From NCBI GenBank assembly GCA_015494465.1, contig WGBD01000004.1, positions 4,627 to 68,626 on the forward strand: a DNA stretch of 64,000 nucleotides, written 5' to 3'. The notes beneath the pieces are model-generated. The model was not told where the DNA came from, made no database searches, and was given only the letters and a program-made list of their open reading frames with translations. Position 1 is the stretch's first letter; every line of letters starts with the position of its first letter. The stretch comes from Candidatus Omnitrophota bacterium. GTDB lineage: Bacteria; Omnitrophota; Gorgyraeia; S143-82. This document shows, piece after piece, positions 9,327 to 18,358 of this stretch. Both the position numbers and the translations under genes were made by a program.

Positions 9327-9791
9327 ATGTATCAGCTATTGTTGGGCGTGTACATATTGGTCTGTTTCCTGTTAGTGACGGTCATCCTGATGCAGTCGGG
9401 ACGAGGAGGTGGATTGGTAGAGTCCTTTTCCGCGGCCGAGACCATATTCGGTGGTAAGACCAACATCTACATGGTCAGGATCACGATGATACTGGGGGCG
9501 CTGTTCCTGGCGCTTGCCTTGGGGCTTAACTACTTCGTGGTCCAGAGGAGCAAGTCGGTTATGGAACGCCTTTTCTCCCGTCCCGCTAGGACTGCCCCGG
9601 TGGTACCGGCAGAAAAGGTGGAACGACGAACCGAAGAAAAGGCTGGTCCTGAGACGGAGAAGGCGGTTTCGAAAGGGGCTGGCAATCCCTCGGTGAATAG
9701 CCCTTCATCTAATCCGCAATCCCAGTCTTCCGCCCAGAAAGAGGGTGGAGATGCCCCGCAGGCGGTTCCAGTTAAGGCCTCTGCTAACTAA
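9327..9791 (+). CDS. secG: preprotein translocase subunit SecG with C-terminal low-complexity extension
   Basis: N-terminal TM helix followed by LMQSGRGGG and a second TM, typical of SecG. About 70 extra C-terminal residues rich in P/S/Q/A. Confidence 0.8.
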   Translation: MYQLLLGVYILVCFLLVTVILMQSGRGGGLVESFSAAETIFGGKTNIYMVRITMILGALFLALALGLNYFVVQRSKSVMERLFSRPARTAPVVPAEKVERRTEEKAGPETEKAVSKGAGNPSVNSPSSNPQSQSSAQKEGGDAPQAVPVKASAN

Positions 9792-11460
9792 GGCCCTGTT
9801 TGTCCTGGTCGGCCTTGGGGTTTGTCTTTTTCTGTTATATCTGTTGAGCCCGCAATCTATTCCCCGAAGGAGAGTATCACTCGCCCACACGATCGTTTTG
9901 AGATTAGCCTCGGATCCCAGGAGCTTCAACCCCATCTTGGCCCAGGAGACCTCCACCACCTCGGTTACCTCGCTCATGTTCGTTGGGCTGGTGCGTATTG
10001 ATCCCTTCACTCAGCAACCGGTTCCAGAATTGGCAGATTCTTGGCAGGTATACGAAGGGGGGAAGCGCTGGGTCTTTACCCTTAAAGAGGACCTGCGGTG
10101 GTCCGATGGGGTCCCGCTGACCGCATACGATGTGGAATTCACCTTTAACTGTCTTATCTACAATCCTGCCATACCTAATAGTGCCAAGGATGTGCTCCAG
10201 GTGGCAGGAGAGCCTTTCGAGGTGAGGGCCCTTAACGATCGGCAAGTGGAATTCCGGCTCAAGGATGTATTTGCCCCGTTTCTGAGGGCCATGACCCAAG
10301 AGATACTGCCAAGGCATGCACTAGAAGAGTTCGTGCGAGGTGGCACATTCAACTCCTCTTGGTCCCTGGGCACCGATCCTCGGGAGATAGTGGTGAACGG
10401 CCCGTTTAGGCTCAAGAGATTCGTCCCGGGCCAGAGGGTGGAGCTGGAGAGGAATCCTTTTTACTATCGCAAGGGTCTGCCCCGCCTGGAGCGAATTATC
10501 ATGCTGATAATCCACAGTGACGACACGGCCTTGATGAAGTTCATAGAGGGAGAGCTGGATCTGGTCGACCTCAGGGCTGGTGATTACCGGCTCCTCCGCA
10601 GGTTGGATCTCCCAGGGGTGAAGATGTACGATCTGGGGCCATCTTTAGGATCCAATTTCTTGGCGTTCAACATGAACCCCAACTCCCCTCTCGAGAGGTA
10701 CAAACTCGGGTGGTTTAGGCAGAGGAAGTTTCGCCAGGCAATAGCGCATTGTTTGGATCGCAAGGGTATAATAGAGACGATATATCAAGGTCTGGCCAGA
10801 CCCCAATGGGGGCCGATGAATCCCAGCAATGGGTTCTTCTACAATCCGGATCTCTGCAAGTACGATTTCGATCTGGCAAAGGCCAAGCAGTTGCTCGGGG
10901 AATTAGGATTCGCTGATCGAGATGGCGACGGCACGCTGGAGGACGAGCAGGGGCACGATCTGGAGATCAGTTTGATAACCAATGCCAATTCCAGCGAGCG
11001 GATGGAGGTAGGATCAATGCTGGTGGCGGACCTGGAGAGGGTGGGGATCAGGTGCCACTTCTTGGGGATAGACTTCAACAACCTCGTCGTGCGGTTGACG
11101 AGCTCTTACGATTGGGAGACGGTCTTGATAGGTCTAACCGGTGGAATGGAGCCCCACTTCAGCAGGAATGTGTGGCACTCCAGCGGGAGCCTGCACCTGT
11201 GGTGGCCAAATCAAAAGGTCCCATTTTTCCCCTGGGAGAAGGAGATAGACGAGATCTTCGAGAGGGGGGTGCGGATATTAGGCGATTCTCAGAGGAAACC
11301 GCTCTACGATCGTTGGCAGAGGATCATATCCTGTGAGGTGCCGGTGATCTACACGGTTGCCCCGTTGAGGTTGTCCGCGATGCGGGACAGGTTTGTGGGG
11401 GTTAAGCCTTCTCCGTACGGGGGGCTATTGCACAACATCGACGAGATAGATACTAAGTGA
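9745..11460 (+). CDS. ABC transporter substrate-binding protein, family 5 (oligopeptide/dipeptide/nickel-type)
   Basis: 571 aa with a signal peptide and typical SBP_bac_5 features. No cognate permease or ATPase genes adjacent. Confidence 0.8.
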   Translation: MEMPRRRFQLRPLLTKALFVLVGLGVCLFLLYLLSPQSIPRRRVSLAHTIVLRLASDPRSFNPILAQETSTTSVTSLMFVGLVRIDPFTQQPVPELADSWQVYEGGKRWVFTLKEDLRWSDGVPLTAYDVEFTFNCLIYNPAIPNSAKDVLQVAGEPFEVRALNDRQVEFRLKDVFAPFLRAMTQEILPRHALEEFVRGGTFNSSWSLGTDPREIVVNGPFRLKRFVPGQRVELERNPFYYRKGLPRLERIIMLIIHSDDTALMKFIEGELDLVDLRAGDYRLLRRLDLPGVKMYDLGPSLGSNFLAFNMNPNSPLERYKLGWFRQRKFRQAIAHCLDRKGIIETIYQGLARPQWGPMNPSNGFFYNPDLCKYDFDLAKAKQLLGELGFADRDGDGTLEDEQGHDLEISLITNANSSERMEVGSMLVADLERVGIRCHFLGIDFNNLVVRLTSSYDWETVLIGLTGGMEPHFSRNVWHSSGSLHLWWPNQKVPFFPWEKEIDEIFERGVRILGDSQRKPLYDRWQRIISCEVPVIYTVAPLRLSAMRDRFVGVKPSPYGGLLHNIDEIDTK

Positions 11461-11473
11461 AGGAGGTGTAGCC

Positions 11474-11932
11474 ATGTCGGGTATCCAGGATGTCTTGGCC
11501 AAGTTTCCTTTGGGTGTGTACATCGTAGGCAGTGCCCACGGGGACAGGATCAACGGCATGACCGCTGCCTGGGTCAGCCAGGTCTCCTTTTCCCCCAAGA
11601 TGGTGGCGGTCGCAATAGCTCCCGAGCGTTACACATTCGATCTGGTGAGGAAGTCAGGTAAGTTCTCGCTTTCACTCTTGGGGGAAGACCAACTGGAGCT
11701 GGCAAAGAGGTTTGGTTTCTACTCGGGGAGAGAGGAGAATAAGTTCTCAGGGGTGGATTACCACCTGATCGATGGCCTGCCGGTTCTCGACGACTGCGTT
11801 GCCTGGGTGAGCTGTGAGGTGGAAGGTAGCTGTGAGGCAGGGGATCACGTGCTGTTCCTGGGTAGGGTGGTTAAGGCGAAGTTGGTAGACGATAGGCCTG
11901 TCCTGCTTTTCCGGTGGGAAGATTACTTCTGA
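11474..11932 (+). CDS. flavin reductase-like (FMN-binding split barrel) protein
   Basis: 152 aa, Flavin_Reduct family pattern (SFSPKMVAVAI...FSLS...GVDY). Confidence 0.8.
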   Translation: MSGIQDVLAKFPLGVYIVGSAHGDRINGMTAAWVSQVSFSPKMVAVAIAPERYTFDLVRKSGKFSLSLLGEDQLELAKRFGFYSGREENKFSGVDYHLIDGLPVLDDCVAWVSCEVEGSCEAGDHVLFLGRVVKAKLVDDRPVLLFRWEDYF

Positions 11933-11941
11933 GTTTATCGC

Positions 11942-14900
11942 CTAGAGCTCGATCCCGCCAGATTTGACGGGCGCAGATCCTCGGGTCGGAGGACTATCCT
12001 GGGGAGGACCTGCAATAGCCTTTACCAGGGCCTGCATCCTTCCTATGACCCTCAAGGGGAGCCCCTGTATCCTCACGATCAGCTTTCTGGCCTTATCCGG
12101 CGGATGCCTCAGTAAACTGACCTGGAGGAGCTGGAAGTACCACTTTATGGGTGTGACGTAGTGGTTGGCGATGTATTCGGGTATCCGGTTGATTCCTCCA
12201 CAGCCCCCGTCTACGATCACGATAGGCGTCAGCTTGGTCGGTAGGGGACGGGGCCGGGCTGGATTGAAGAGGGCACATACATAGGCCTCAAGGAAGAGGA
12301 GGTCGTTTGGCGGTATGAAGTTGGCTAGGTTCATTCTCTTCTTCATCCTTTTCCAAACGACATCCCATGGCTCTTTGGCTTTCCATCCCCGGGCTATCTC
12401 CTCACTCAAGACCAGGGCGAGAAGGTTGTTTTGCTGGCCGTATCCGGTTTGGGCAACTCCGACGAACTGGGGCAGGATCGAGTAGGATCCTGCCCCGCCG
12501 AAGTGCCTGCCCGAGAAGGAATGGTGGCGGGTGAATATCAGCTGATGTCTTCCCGAGTTTAGTATCTCTTCAAACCTCCTTTTCGCTCCTTGGAGGTGCT
12601 TTGGGAGGGTGATTATCTCGATTTCTAGGCTCACCCCGTCGAGGTCTTTGCGCCAGATGTGGGGCCGGGGATTCTCATATCCCGCCCTGGCGAGGAGGCG
12701 TTCTAATTCTGGGCCGTAGGCTGTGGCGTCGCGGAAAAAGAGGATCGCGCTACGGATCTTTGGGGTTTTGGGGTAAGGTGGAGTGGAGGCGAACTGGCGG
12801 ATACTATTCACCAGCCTGAGATCGATATCATTCTTTTCCCAGCTATCCCCCAGCTCTTCCTGAAAGGCTACCGCAATCATCTGCTTCACTGCTGGATGGA
12901 CCTTTGGATTTTGGAGGATAGCCCTTAACCCTCCCAATATCGTGTCTCTGTGGGTGGGAGATCTATCCGCCATCTCCTTCAGCATTCGGATCAGATAGGC
13001 CTGATTTAGTGCCCGGTAGCCATAGTTTTTGGGCGTGAGCCTCCAGCGGAGGTAATTGAGGGCCCGCTTGCTAACCCACGAGAGCCACCTTTGGGGATAG
13101 AGCTGGTCCTGGGCCTTGAGGAACGAAAAGACCTCTCGCTCGCGCTTGGCAAAGGCTATGGTGAGCTCGTAGGCGAGCATGCCCTTTGGATCCAGTCTCT
13201 TCAGGGCCAGTAGGATCGAACGATCGTAGTGGGCCAGTCGCCTTGACCACTCTTCCCGGAGTAGGAGATAGGTTGCGGTGTACAGGCCATACTCCCCCAA
13301 GGCCAGGGAGATGTATACGAGCTGATCGGGTAGCATGTTGAGGTACCGCCTTGCCTTCTTGCGCCATCCGGAGCGCTCAAAGTCGTCGTGGATCCGGTTG
13401 AGGTGTCGGACCACCTCGGTGGCAAGGCGGGAAAGAAAGGGATAACTTCTTCGATCCTGCATAGACCTAGCCAACTGCCTCCAGGCGAGCTTTCGGATCC
13501 TTTCTGGGAAGAGCGGTGGGGAAAGGGCGATCGCCCGCAGTAAGGCCCTGACGCTGGTGCTCGCGGGAGGTGAATCTTGGGCAAGGCAGGTGCTTGCAAA
13601 GCGGTACAAGGGCCCCTTTGGGGTCTTCGTCGAGGAGGCGTATTTGAGTATAAATGACCTTTGCAGGCTCTCGTCGAGGAGGCGTATCGCCCCGGATTCC
13701 AGCAGACGGGAGGCAGTCGCTGGGTCTTCGTGGGCAAAGGGGCGGATGTATCTTCGAGCGAATCCCTTAACTCCCTCGCGTATTCTCCTCCGTTGAGTGA
13801 TGTCCAAGCGATTGGTAAGGTAGGCCTGTAGAAGCTGGCGTTGTTTTTCAGAGGGAAGTGTCAGGAAGCTGGAGGCAGAATCCCAGGCCCCCTGGGATAG
13901 GGAGATATGGGGTATGAGGGGTATGGACAGGGAAAGCCCCATCCAGAGCAAGAACCTCCTCCGGGAGAGATTCTTGGGCGTCATTGCGACCCTATCTTTG
14001 CATAGGATGGGAAGTAATGTCCGTCTCAAGCTCGGAGGTGCAGTTGTCCATATCCAGCCAGCTAGATAGAGGTGGTGTTCGGTGATGGGATGGTTGTTCT
14101 TTATCAGCTTGGAGAGGATGTAGATGTAGTTCTCCTCTGGGGATCGGACTTCGAGGGGTTGGGAAGAAGCGATGGAACCGTCTCTGTGTCGCTCGAGAAG
14201 TTCCCCTAGGGCCTCCTCTACCAGGTCTGGTTTGGGAGGTGTGGGAGGATAGAGGCGGGCGGATAGGAGCTCGTGTAGGAGGTTGTACTCGCCAGCTAGG
14301 GCCTTGAGTAGGAGCTCGCTAGCGGTCAGAGCTCCTGCCTCGGATAGAGGGGTATTCAGGGAGACCTCGTAGGCCTGGGGGAAGCGGTCTACTGGAATGA
14401 GTTTGATCTCTACATCGTTGGGAAGCAGTATTCCCCCTACTAACCCTGACCGGTCGTAGTCTCGCAGGTAGGCCTTTATGACCTCTACTAACCGCGTGGG
14501 TTGGCTAGGCCTTTGATCCTGCGGAGATGGGGAGAACATCTTGCCGAGGTAGTAGCTCGCCAGGACCGTCCGCAATCCCCTGAAGTCGGGAGCGGAATTG
14601 ACCGCCTTTTCCACTTCTGCCCGCGCCCGCTCCAAGGCCTGGGAGATCGATCCGGAAGAAAGGTCCGTCTCGAGTCGTAGGGCCAGGTGTATTCGTATTA
14701 TTGAGATCCCGTTCCCTCCCTTGCCGATCTCGAGGGCCTTTGGCCGTATCCACAGCCGTATAGAGGCGGGTTGGTTAGGGATGGAGTCGAGATGGGAGTT
14801 TAATCTCTTCCTGAAGACTCTCTTTAATCTCAGATCCTCTTCGATGAGGTACATGCCCGTCAAACTCCCTTTCAGATTGGGGGAGAGACAGTTCTCTATA

Positions 14901-15124
14901 GGGGAAAAGGCCTGGAGGTTGACGAAGTCGGTTCGTTTTCTCGCCCCTAGCCAGAAGGCCTCCTTTATCAGTGCTATCTCCTCGGGGCCGTACTGGGTTG
15001 GGAGGAGGAGCTGAAGGCCGACACCCGATCTTCTTGATCCCACCAAGAACCGGTCTCGGGCAGGGGCCGAGCCCACGCATAAAAACATAATTAATAAACA
15101 TGTTAAAAACATTTTATCAATCAT
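11942..15124 (-). CDS. large secreted hypothetical protein (1060 aa)
   Basis: Uninterrupted ORF. N-terminal Sec-type signal peptide (MFLTCLLIMFLCVGSAPA). Internal twin-arginine-like segment at residues about 381-412 (MTPKNLSRRRFLLWMGLSLSIPLIPHISLSQGA). C-terminal His/Cys cluster (FTRHHSFSGRHFGGAG ... IVIVDGGCGG). No family recognised. Confidence 0.6.
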   Translation of the reverse strand: MIDKMFLTCLLIMFLCVGSAPARDRFLVGSRRSGVGLQLLLPTQYGPEEIALIKEAFWLGARKRTDFVNLQAFSPIENCLSPNLKGSLTGMYLIEEDLRLKRVFRKRLNSHLDSIPNQPASIRLWIRPKALEIGKGGNGISIIRIHLALRLETDLSSGSISQALERARAEVEKAVNSAPDFRGLRTVLASYYLGKMFSPSPQDQRPSQPTRLVEVIKAYLRDYDRSGLVGGILLPNDVEIKLIPVDRFPQAYEVSLNTPLSEAGALTASELLLKALAGEYNLLHELLSARLYPPTPPKPDLVEEALGELLERHRDGSIASSQPLEVRSPEENYIYILSKLIKNNHPITEHHLYLAGWIWTTAPPSLRRTLLPILCKDRVAMTPKNLSRRRFLLWMGLSLSIPLIPHISLSQGAWDSASSFLTLPSEKQRQLLQAYLTNRLDITQRRRIREGVKGFARRYIRPFAHEDPATASRLLESGAIRLLDESLQRSFILKYASSTKTPKGPLYRFASTCLAQDSPPASTSVRALLRAIALSPPLFPERIRKLAWRQLARSMQDRRSYPFLSRLATEVVRHLNRIHDDFERSGWRKKARRYLNMLPDQLVYISLALGEYGLYTATYLLLREEWSRRLAHYDRSILLALKRLDPKGMLAYELTIAFAKREREVFSFLKAQDQLYPQRWLSWVSKRALNYLRWRLTPKNYGYRALNQAYLIRMLKEMADRSPTHRDTILGGLRAILQNPKVHPAVKQMIAVAFQEELGDSWEKNDIDLRLVNSIRQFASTPPYPKTPKIRSAILFFRDATAYGPELERLLARAGYENPRPHIWRKDLDGVSLEIEIITLPKHLQGAKRRFEEILNSGRHQLIFTRHHSFSGRHFGGAGSYSILPQFVGVAQTGYGQQNNLLALVLSEEIARGWKAKEPWDVVWKRMKKRMNLANFIPPNDLLFLEAYVCALFNPARPRPLPTKLTPIVIVDGGCGGINRIPEYIANHYVTPIKWYFQLLQVSLLRHPPDKARKLIVRIQGLPLRVIGRMQALVKAIAGPPQDSPPTRGSAPVKSGGIEL

Positions 15125-15147
15125 AACCCATTATAGTACAACGGGGG

Positions 15148-15176
15148 TTGATAGGAGGGCAACATTAAAATATAAT
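15148..15176 (+). promoter_or_regulatory. sigma70-like promoter (TTGATA-17nt-TATAAT) for tRNA-Arg
   Basis: Near-consensus hexamers with 17-nt spacing, 16 nt upstream of the tRNA 5' end, in an AT-rich divergent region. Confidence 0.45.
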
Positions 15177-15192
15177 ACAAGAGCTACAGGCT

Positions 15193-15266
15193 GTCCCCGT
15201 AGCTCAGTTGGACAGAGCAGCGGCCTTCTAAGCCGCGTGTCGGGGGTTCGAATCCCTCCGGGGACG
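15193..15266 (+). tRNA. tRNA-Arg (anticodon TCT)
   Basis: Cloverleaf folds by eye: acceptor GTCCCCG/CGGGGAC, D-arm GCTC..GAGC, anticodon stem GCGGC/GCCGC with loop CTTCTAA, T-arm GGGGG-TTCGAAT-CCCTC. A T-run follows. Confidence 0.9.
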
Positions 15267-15273
15267 GTGTTTT

Positions 15274-16293
15274 TTGTTTATTGGGGGTGTTGTGAGGGCT
15301 GTGATCCGGTTTTTGTTGGGTGTAATCTTGTTCCTGGGTCTCCAGCTGTTGGTGCTGGAGCTTTTTGGCGGACCACTGCTTAGCCTCCTTCTCCAGCGCA
15401 TGTACGGGCTGGATGTAAAGATCGGGAGGGTGAGCCTGCTTTCGGGTATGAAGGTCTTCTCTTTGGACTACAGGGGTTCTGGGGTTAGCCTCCATCTGGA
15501 CGAGCTCCAGCTGTTGCCGTTGCTGTCGTCTTTTGGGATGAAGTTGGTCGCGGTTCGGGGGGGCAGGATCGAGGTGAAGTTGGATAAGGGCGACAGGCAG
15601 GGGACTGGATTTAATCCCGTGGTACTTGCCCTCGTACCGTTGAGACTGCCGGTGGAGAAGTTGTCTGCTATCGACCTACGGATAGCCTTGGAGCGGGATG
15701 GGGATGACTCCTCAATCGAGTTGGAGAAGCTGTTGGTTTATAGGCCAGATCTCAAGAGGGAATACTACGACTTTCACCTGAACGGGAGACTCTTCCGGGG
15801 TGGAGTGTATGGGAGTGTGGAGTTTAGTGGTTGGCTGGATTGGGAGAAGAAGAATGCCCTGTTCGTGTTGAAGGGGGATCACATCCCCCTCGGCTTCTTC
15901 CGTTCGTTCCTGGAGGTGCCTGAGGTGGAGGGCCTGCTTTCTCTACGCATAGAAGGTGAGGCGGAGGACAATGTCTTGGTCTTGAAGAATTGGTTTGGGA
16001 TAAAGGGGTTGGATGTCGTGGGATCCACTGCCCTGGGGAACCTTCCCGTTGTCTCTGGGATATTGAGTCCTTTGGCTGGACTCGGGGAGGAGCTGGAGCT
16101 GGAGTTTAAGGTGACCACCCGCTTGGACAATCCCCAGATCGACTTCAAAAAGGAGATCCTCTCGGCGTTGAGCAGGTATAGACGAGGGCAGGGCGGTGCG
16201 GGAGAGGGGGATTCCAAGGCTAAGGTGAGCGGAGAGATTTATGATATAATTAATGACCTGGTCGGGATCGTTGGTTCGGTATTGGGTGATTGA
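15274..16293 (+). CDS. hypothetical membrane-anchored protein
   Basis: 339 aa. N-terminal TM helix then a predicted periplasmic/extracytoplasmic domain, no recognisable motif. An AsmA/TamB-like fold is only a loose guess. Lies between two tRNA genes. Confidence 0.45.
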   Translation: MFIGGVVRAVIRFLLGVILFLGLQLLVLELFGGPLLSLLLQRMYGLDVKIGRVSLLSGMKVFSLDYRGSGVSLHLDELQLLPLLSSFGMKLVAVRGGRIEVKLDKGDRQGTGFNPVVLALVPLRLPVEKLSAIDLRIALERDGDDSSIELEKLLVYRPDLKREYYDFHLNGRLFRGGVYGSVEFSGWLDWEKKNALFVLKGDHIPLGFFRSFLEVPEVEGLLSLRIEGEAEDNVLVLKNWFGIKGLDVVGSTALGNLPVVSGILSPLAGLGEELELEFKVTTRLDNPQIDFKKEILSALSRYRRGQGGAGEGDSKAKVSGEIYDIINDLVGIVGSVLGD

Positions 16294-16318
16294 GTCGAGA
16301 TTTGTCATGGTGGGCGTA

Positions 16319-16396
16319 GCTCAGCTGGTCAGAGCGTCTGACTGTGGCTCAGAAGGTCGGGGGTTCGAGTCCCCTCGCCCACCCCATTTTGTCTTC
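16319..16396 (+). tRNA. tRNA-His (anticodon GTG) with encoded CCA
   Basis: Extra 5' G(-1), acceptor GTGGGCG/CGCCCAC, anticodon stem TCTGA/TCAGA with loop CTGTGGC, T-arm GGGGG-TTCGAGT-CCCCT, discriminator C, then CCA. Confidence 0.9.
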
Positions 16397-16437
16397 TGCC
16401 ATCTCGAAAAGGTTCGAGTCTGGTTCGGGAAGGAGAT

Positions 16438-17685
16438 ATGATCAAGAACAAGAGAAAGAGGTCTGGCGGGACCAAGAGGACTTCGCTTTCGAAGGACCTG
16501 CAGACCAGGATCCTCCAACGGGTAATAGACATAGTCAACTCCGATCTCGACGTTAGCCTAATCTTTCACAGCATAATGTCGATGATGCTCGAGTACACCA
16601 AGGCGGATTCCTGTTTTTTGTACATACTCGATCGCAAGACAGAGGAGTTGGTGCTGGTAGCCTCCTCCAATCCCCATCCAGAGGTATTAAGAAACATACG
16701 CCTTAAGGTCGGGGAAGGTATCACCGGATGGGTGGCGGAGAAGAAGGAGGCAGTGATCATCCCAGAGAAGGCCTTTGAGGATCCTAGGTTCAAGGTCTTT
16801 AACTCGCTCCCTGAGGATAAGTACGAGGCATTCGTGGGAATCCCTATCCTGCTTAACGGGAAGGTGGTCGGGGTAATAAACTTCCAGCACAAGAACAAGA
16901 AGCGATACAGCAAGTCCACTCTGCAGGGGTTAACTAGCATAGCCCAGCTGGTGAGTGGGTTGATTAGGAATACCTGGCTTTACGAGGAGATGAAGGAAAA
17001 GACCCTCCATCTGGAGACGATATTCCGAATAAGCAAGATGATCATCTCCTCTCATTCCCTTCAGGAGGTCCTGGACCTCATCGTCGAAGTGGTGGCAGAG
17101 GTGATGTCCTCGCCGATCTGCTCCATCATGTTGATCAACAAAAAGAAAGGGGTGTTGGAGATAAAGGCGACCCAGAGCTTGGACCCGATGTACTTGAACC
17201 GCCCCCCTCTGAAGATTGGGGAGGGAATATCAGGCAAGGCGGTATCCGAGAAAAGACCTATATTCGTGCTGGATGTCCAAAACGAGCCCGAATTCAAGAT
17301 GAGGGATGTGGCGGAAAAGCAAGGGCTCCGTTCTCTCCTATCAGTTCCGATGTTGATAAGGGGGGAGGCGATCGGGGTGATCAACGTCTATACCCTCGTC
17401 CCGCGTAGGTTTTCTCAAGACGAGGTCTCTTGGCTCCAGGTGATAGCGGATCAGGCAGCGATAGTTATAGAAAACGCCAAACTGGAGGAGGACAGCAGAT
17501 CCGCCAAGGAGGCCTTGGAGGCAAGGAAGTTGATAGAGAGGGCAAAGGGGATCCTGATGAAGGAGTTAGGTCTCAGTGAGGAGGTAGCCTACCGCTTGAT
17601 TCACAAAAAGAGCATGGACATGTGCAAGCCGATGAAGGAGATTGCACAGGCGATAATCCTGTCCCGCGAGGTAGCCAATGGGTAG
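16438..17685 (+). CDS. GAF-GAF-ANTAR domain regulator (RNA-binding antiterminator-type)
   Basis: 415 aa. Two GAF-like halves, each with the ...GEGITGW.../...GEGISGKAV... pattern. C-terminal ANTAR domain (AKEALEARKLIERAKGILM...EAYRLIHKKSMDM). Confidence 0.8.
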   Translation: MIKNKRKRSGGTKRTSLSKDLQTRILQRVIDIVNSDLDVSLIFHSIMSMMLEYTKADSCFLYILDRKTEELVLVASSNPHPEVLRNIRLKVGEGITGWVAEKKEAVIIPEKAFEDPRFKVFNSLPEDKYEAFVGIPILLNGKVVGVINFQHKNKKRYSKSTLQGLTSIAQLVSGLIRNTWLYEEMKEKTLHLETIFRISKMIISSHSLQEVLDLIVEVVAEVMSSPICSIMLINKKKGVLEIKATQSLDPMYLNRPPLKIGEGISGKAVSEKRPIFVLDVQNEPEFKMRDVAEKQGLRSLLSVPMLIRGEAIGVINVYTLVPRRFSQDEVSWLQVIADQAAIVIENAKLEEDSRSAKEALEARKLIERAKGILMKELGLSEEVAYRLIHKKSMDMCKPMKEIAQAIILSREVANG

Positions 17686-18358
17686 GAAGATATGTTCTGA
17701 GAAGACCTGCATACCGATAGACGCGATTCGCAGACTTATAAGGTACTACCGAGACATAAAGGTTCTCCACGATAAAGGCATCGAGGTGATATCCTCCTTC
17801 GACCTATCTGAGATCCTGGGGGGATCTCCAGAGCAGATCCGCAAGGATCTGTCCTATCTCGGAGAATTTGGCAAGCGGGGTGTAGGCTATAACATAAAGA
17901 GCCTGATCACTAACCTGGAGAACCGGTTGAGGCTTAATGTGCCTGCGGGGGCCATCGTCGTGGGTGTGGGGAGGCTGGGTATGGCCTTGATGGGATATGC
18001 GGGATTCAAGAACCTGAACATCTCTATAGTTGCGGGATTCGACGTCGATAAGGAGAAGGTGGGCAAGTCCTTTTCCGGGATAAGGGTCTATCACTTGCGG
18101 TCGATCAAGAAGGTCTGTAAGAGGCTGGACCCAGAGGTGGCGATTATATCCGTTCCCGGAGAGGTGGCCCAAGAGGTGAGTGAGCGGGTGATATCCGCGG
18201 GGATTAAAGGCATACTGAACTTTGCCCCAGTGAGGTTGTCCGTACCGAGTGAGGTGTGGATCTCCCATGTGGATCTGAGTATAGAGCTGGGGGCGCTCCT
18301 TTTCTGCAGTAGGGTGAGTGGGGTTGACGAAGACCGCAAATCATCTACATCCTCCTAG
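17678..18358 (+). CDS. rex: redox-sensing transcriptional repressor Rex
   Basis: 226 aa. N-terminal winged-helix (IRRLIRYYRDIKVLHDKG...QIRKDLSYLGEFGKRGVGYNI) and C-terminal Rossmann NADH-binding domain (VVGVGRLG). Confidence 0.85.
   Translation: MGRKICSEKTCIPIDAIRRLIRYYRDIKVLHDKGIEVISSFDLSEILGGSPEQIRKDLSYLGEFGKRGVGYNIKSLITNLENRLRLNVPAGAIVVGVGRLGMALMGYAGFKNLNISIVAGFDVDKEKVGKSFSGIRVYHLRSIKKVCKRLDPEVAIISVPGEVAQEVSERVISAGIKGILNFAPVRLSVPSEVWISHVDLSIELGALLFCSRVSGVDEDRKSSTSS

Noticed and set aside
13201-13737. 178-aa minus-strand ORF in an alternative frame inside the 1060-aa gene
   Set aside because: It overlaps the long uninterrupted ORF in another frame. No start context and no motifs.
15061-15192. 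Possible mobile-element junction (AT-rich 130 nt between the large gene and tRNA-Arg)
   Set aside because: I found no direct repeat of the tRNA 3' end, and no integrase or transposase. The AT-richness is explained by two divergent promoters.
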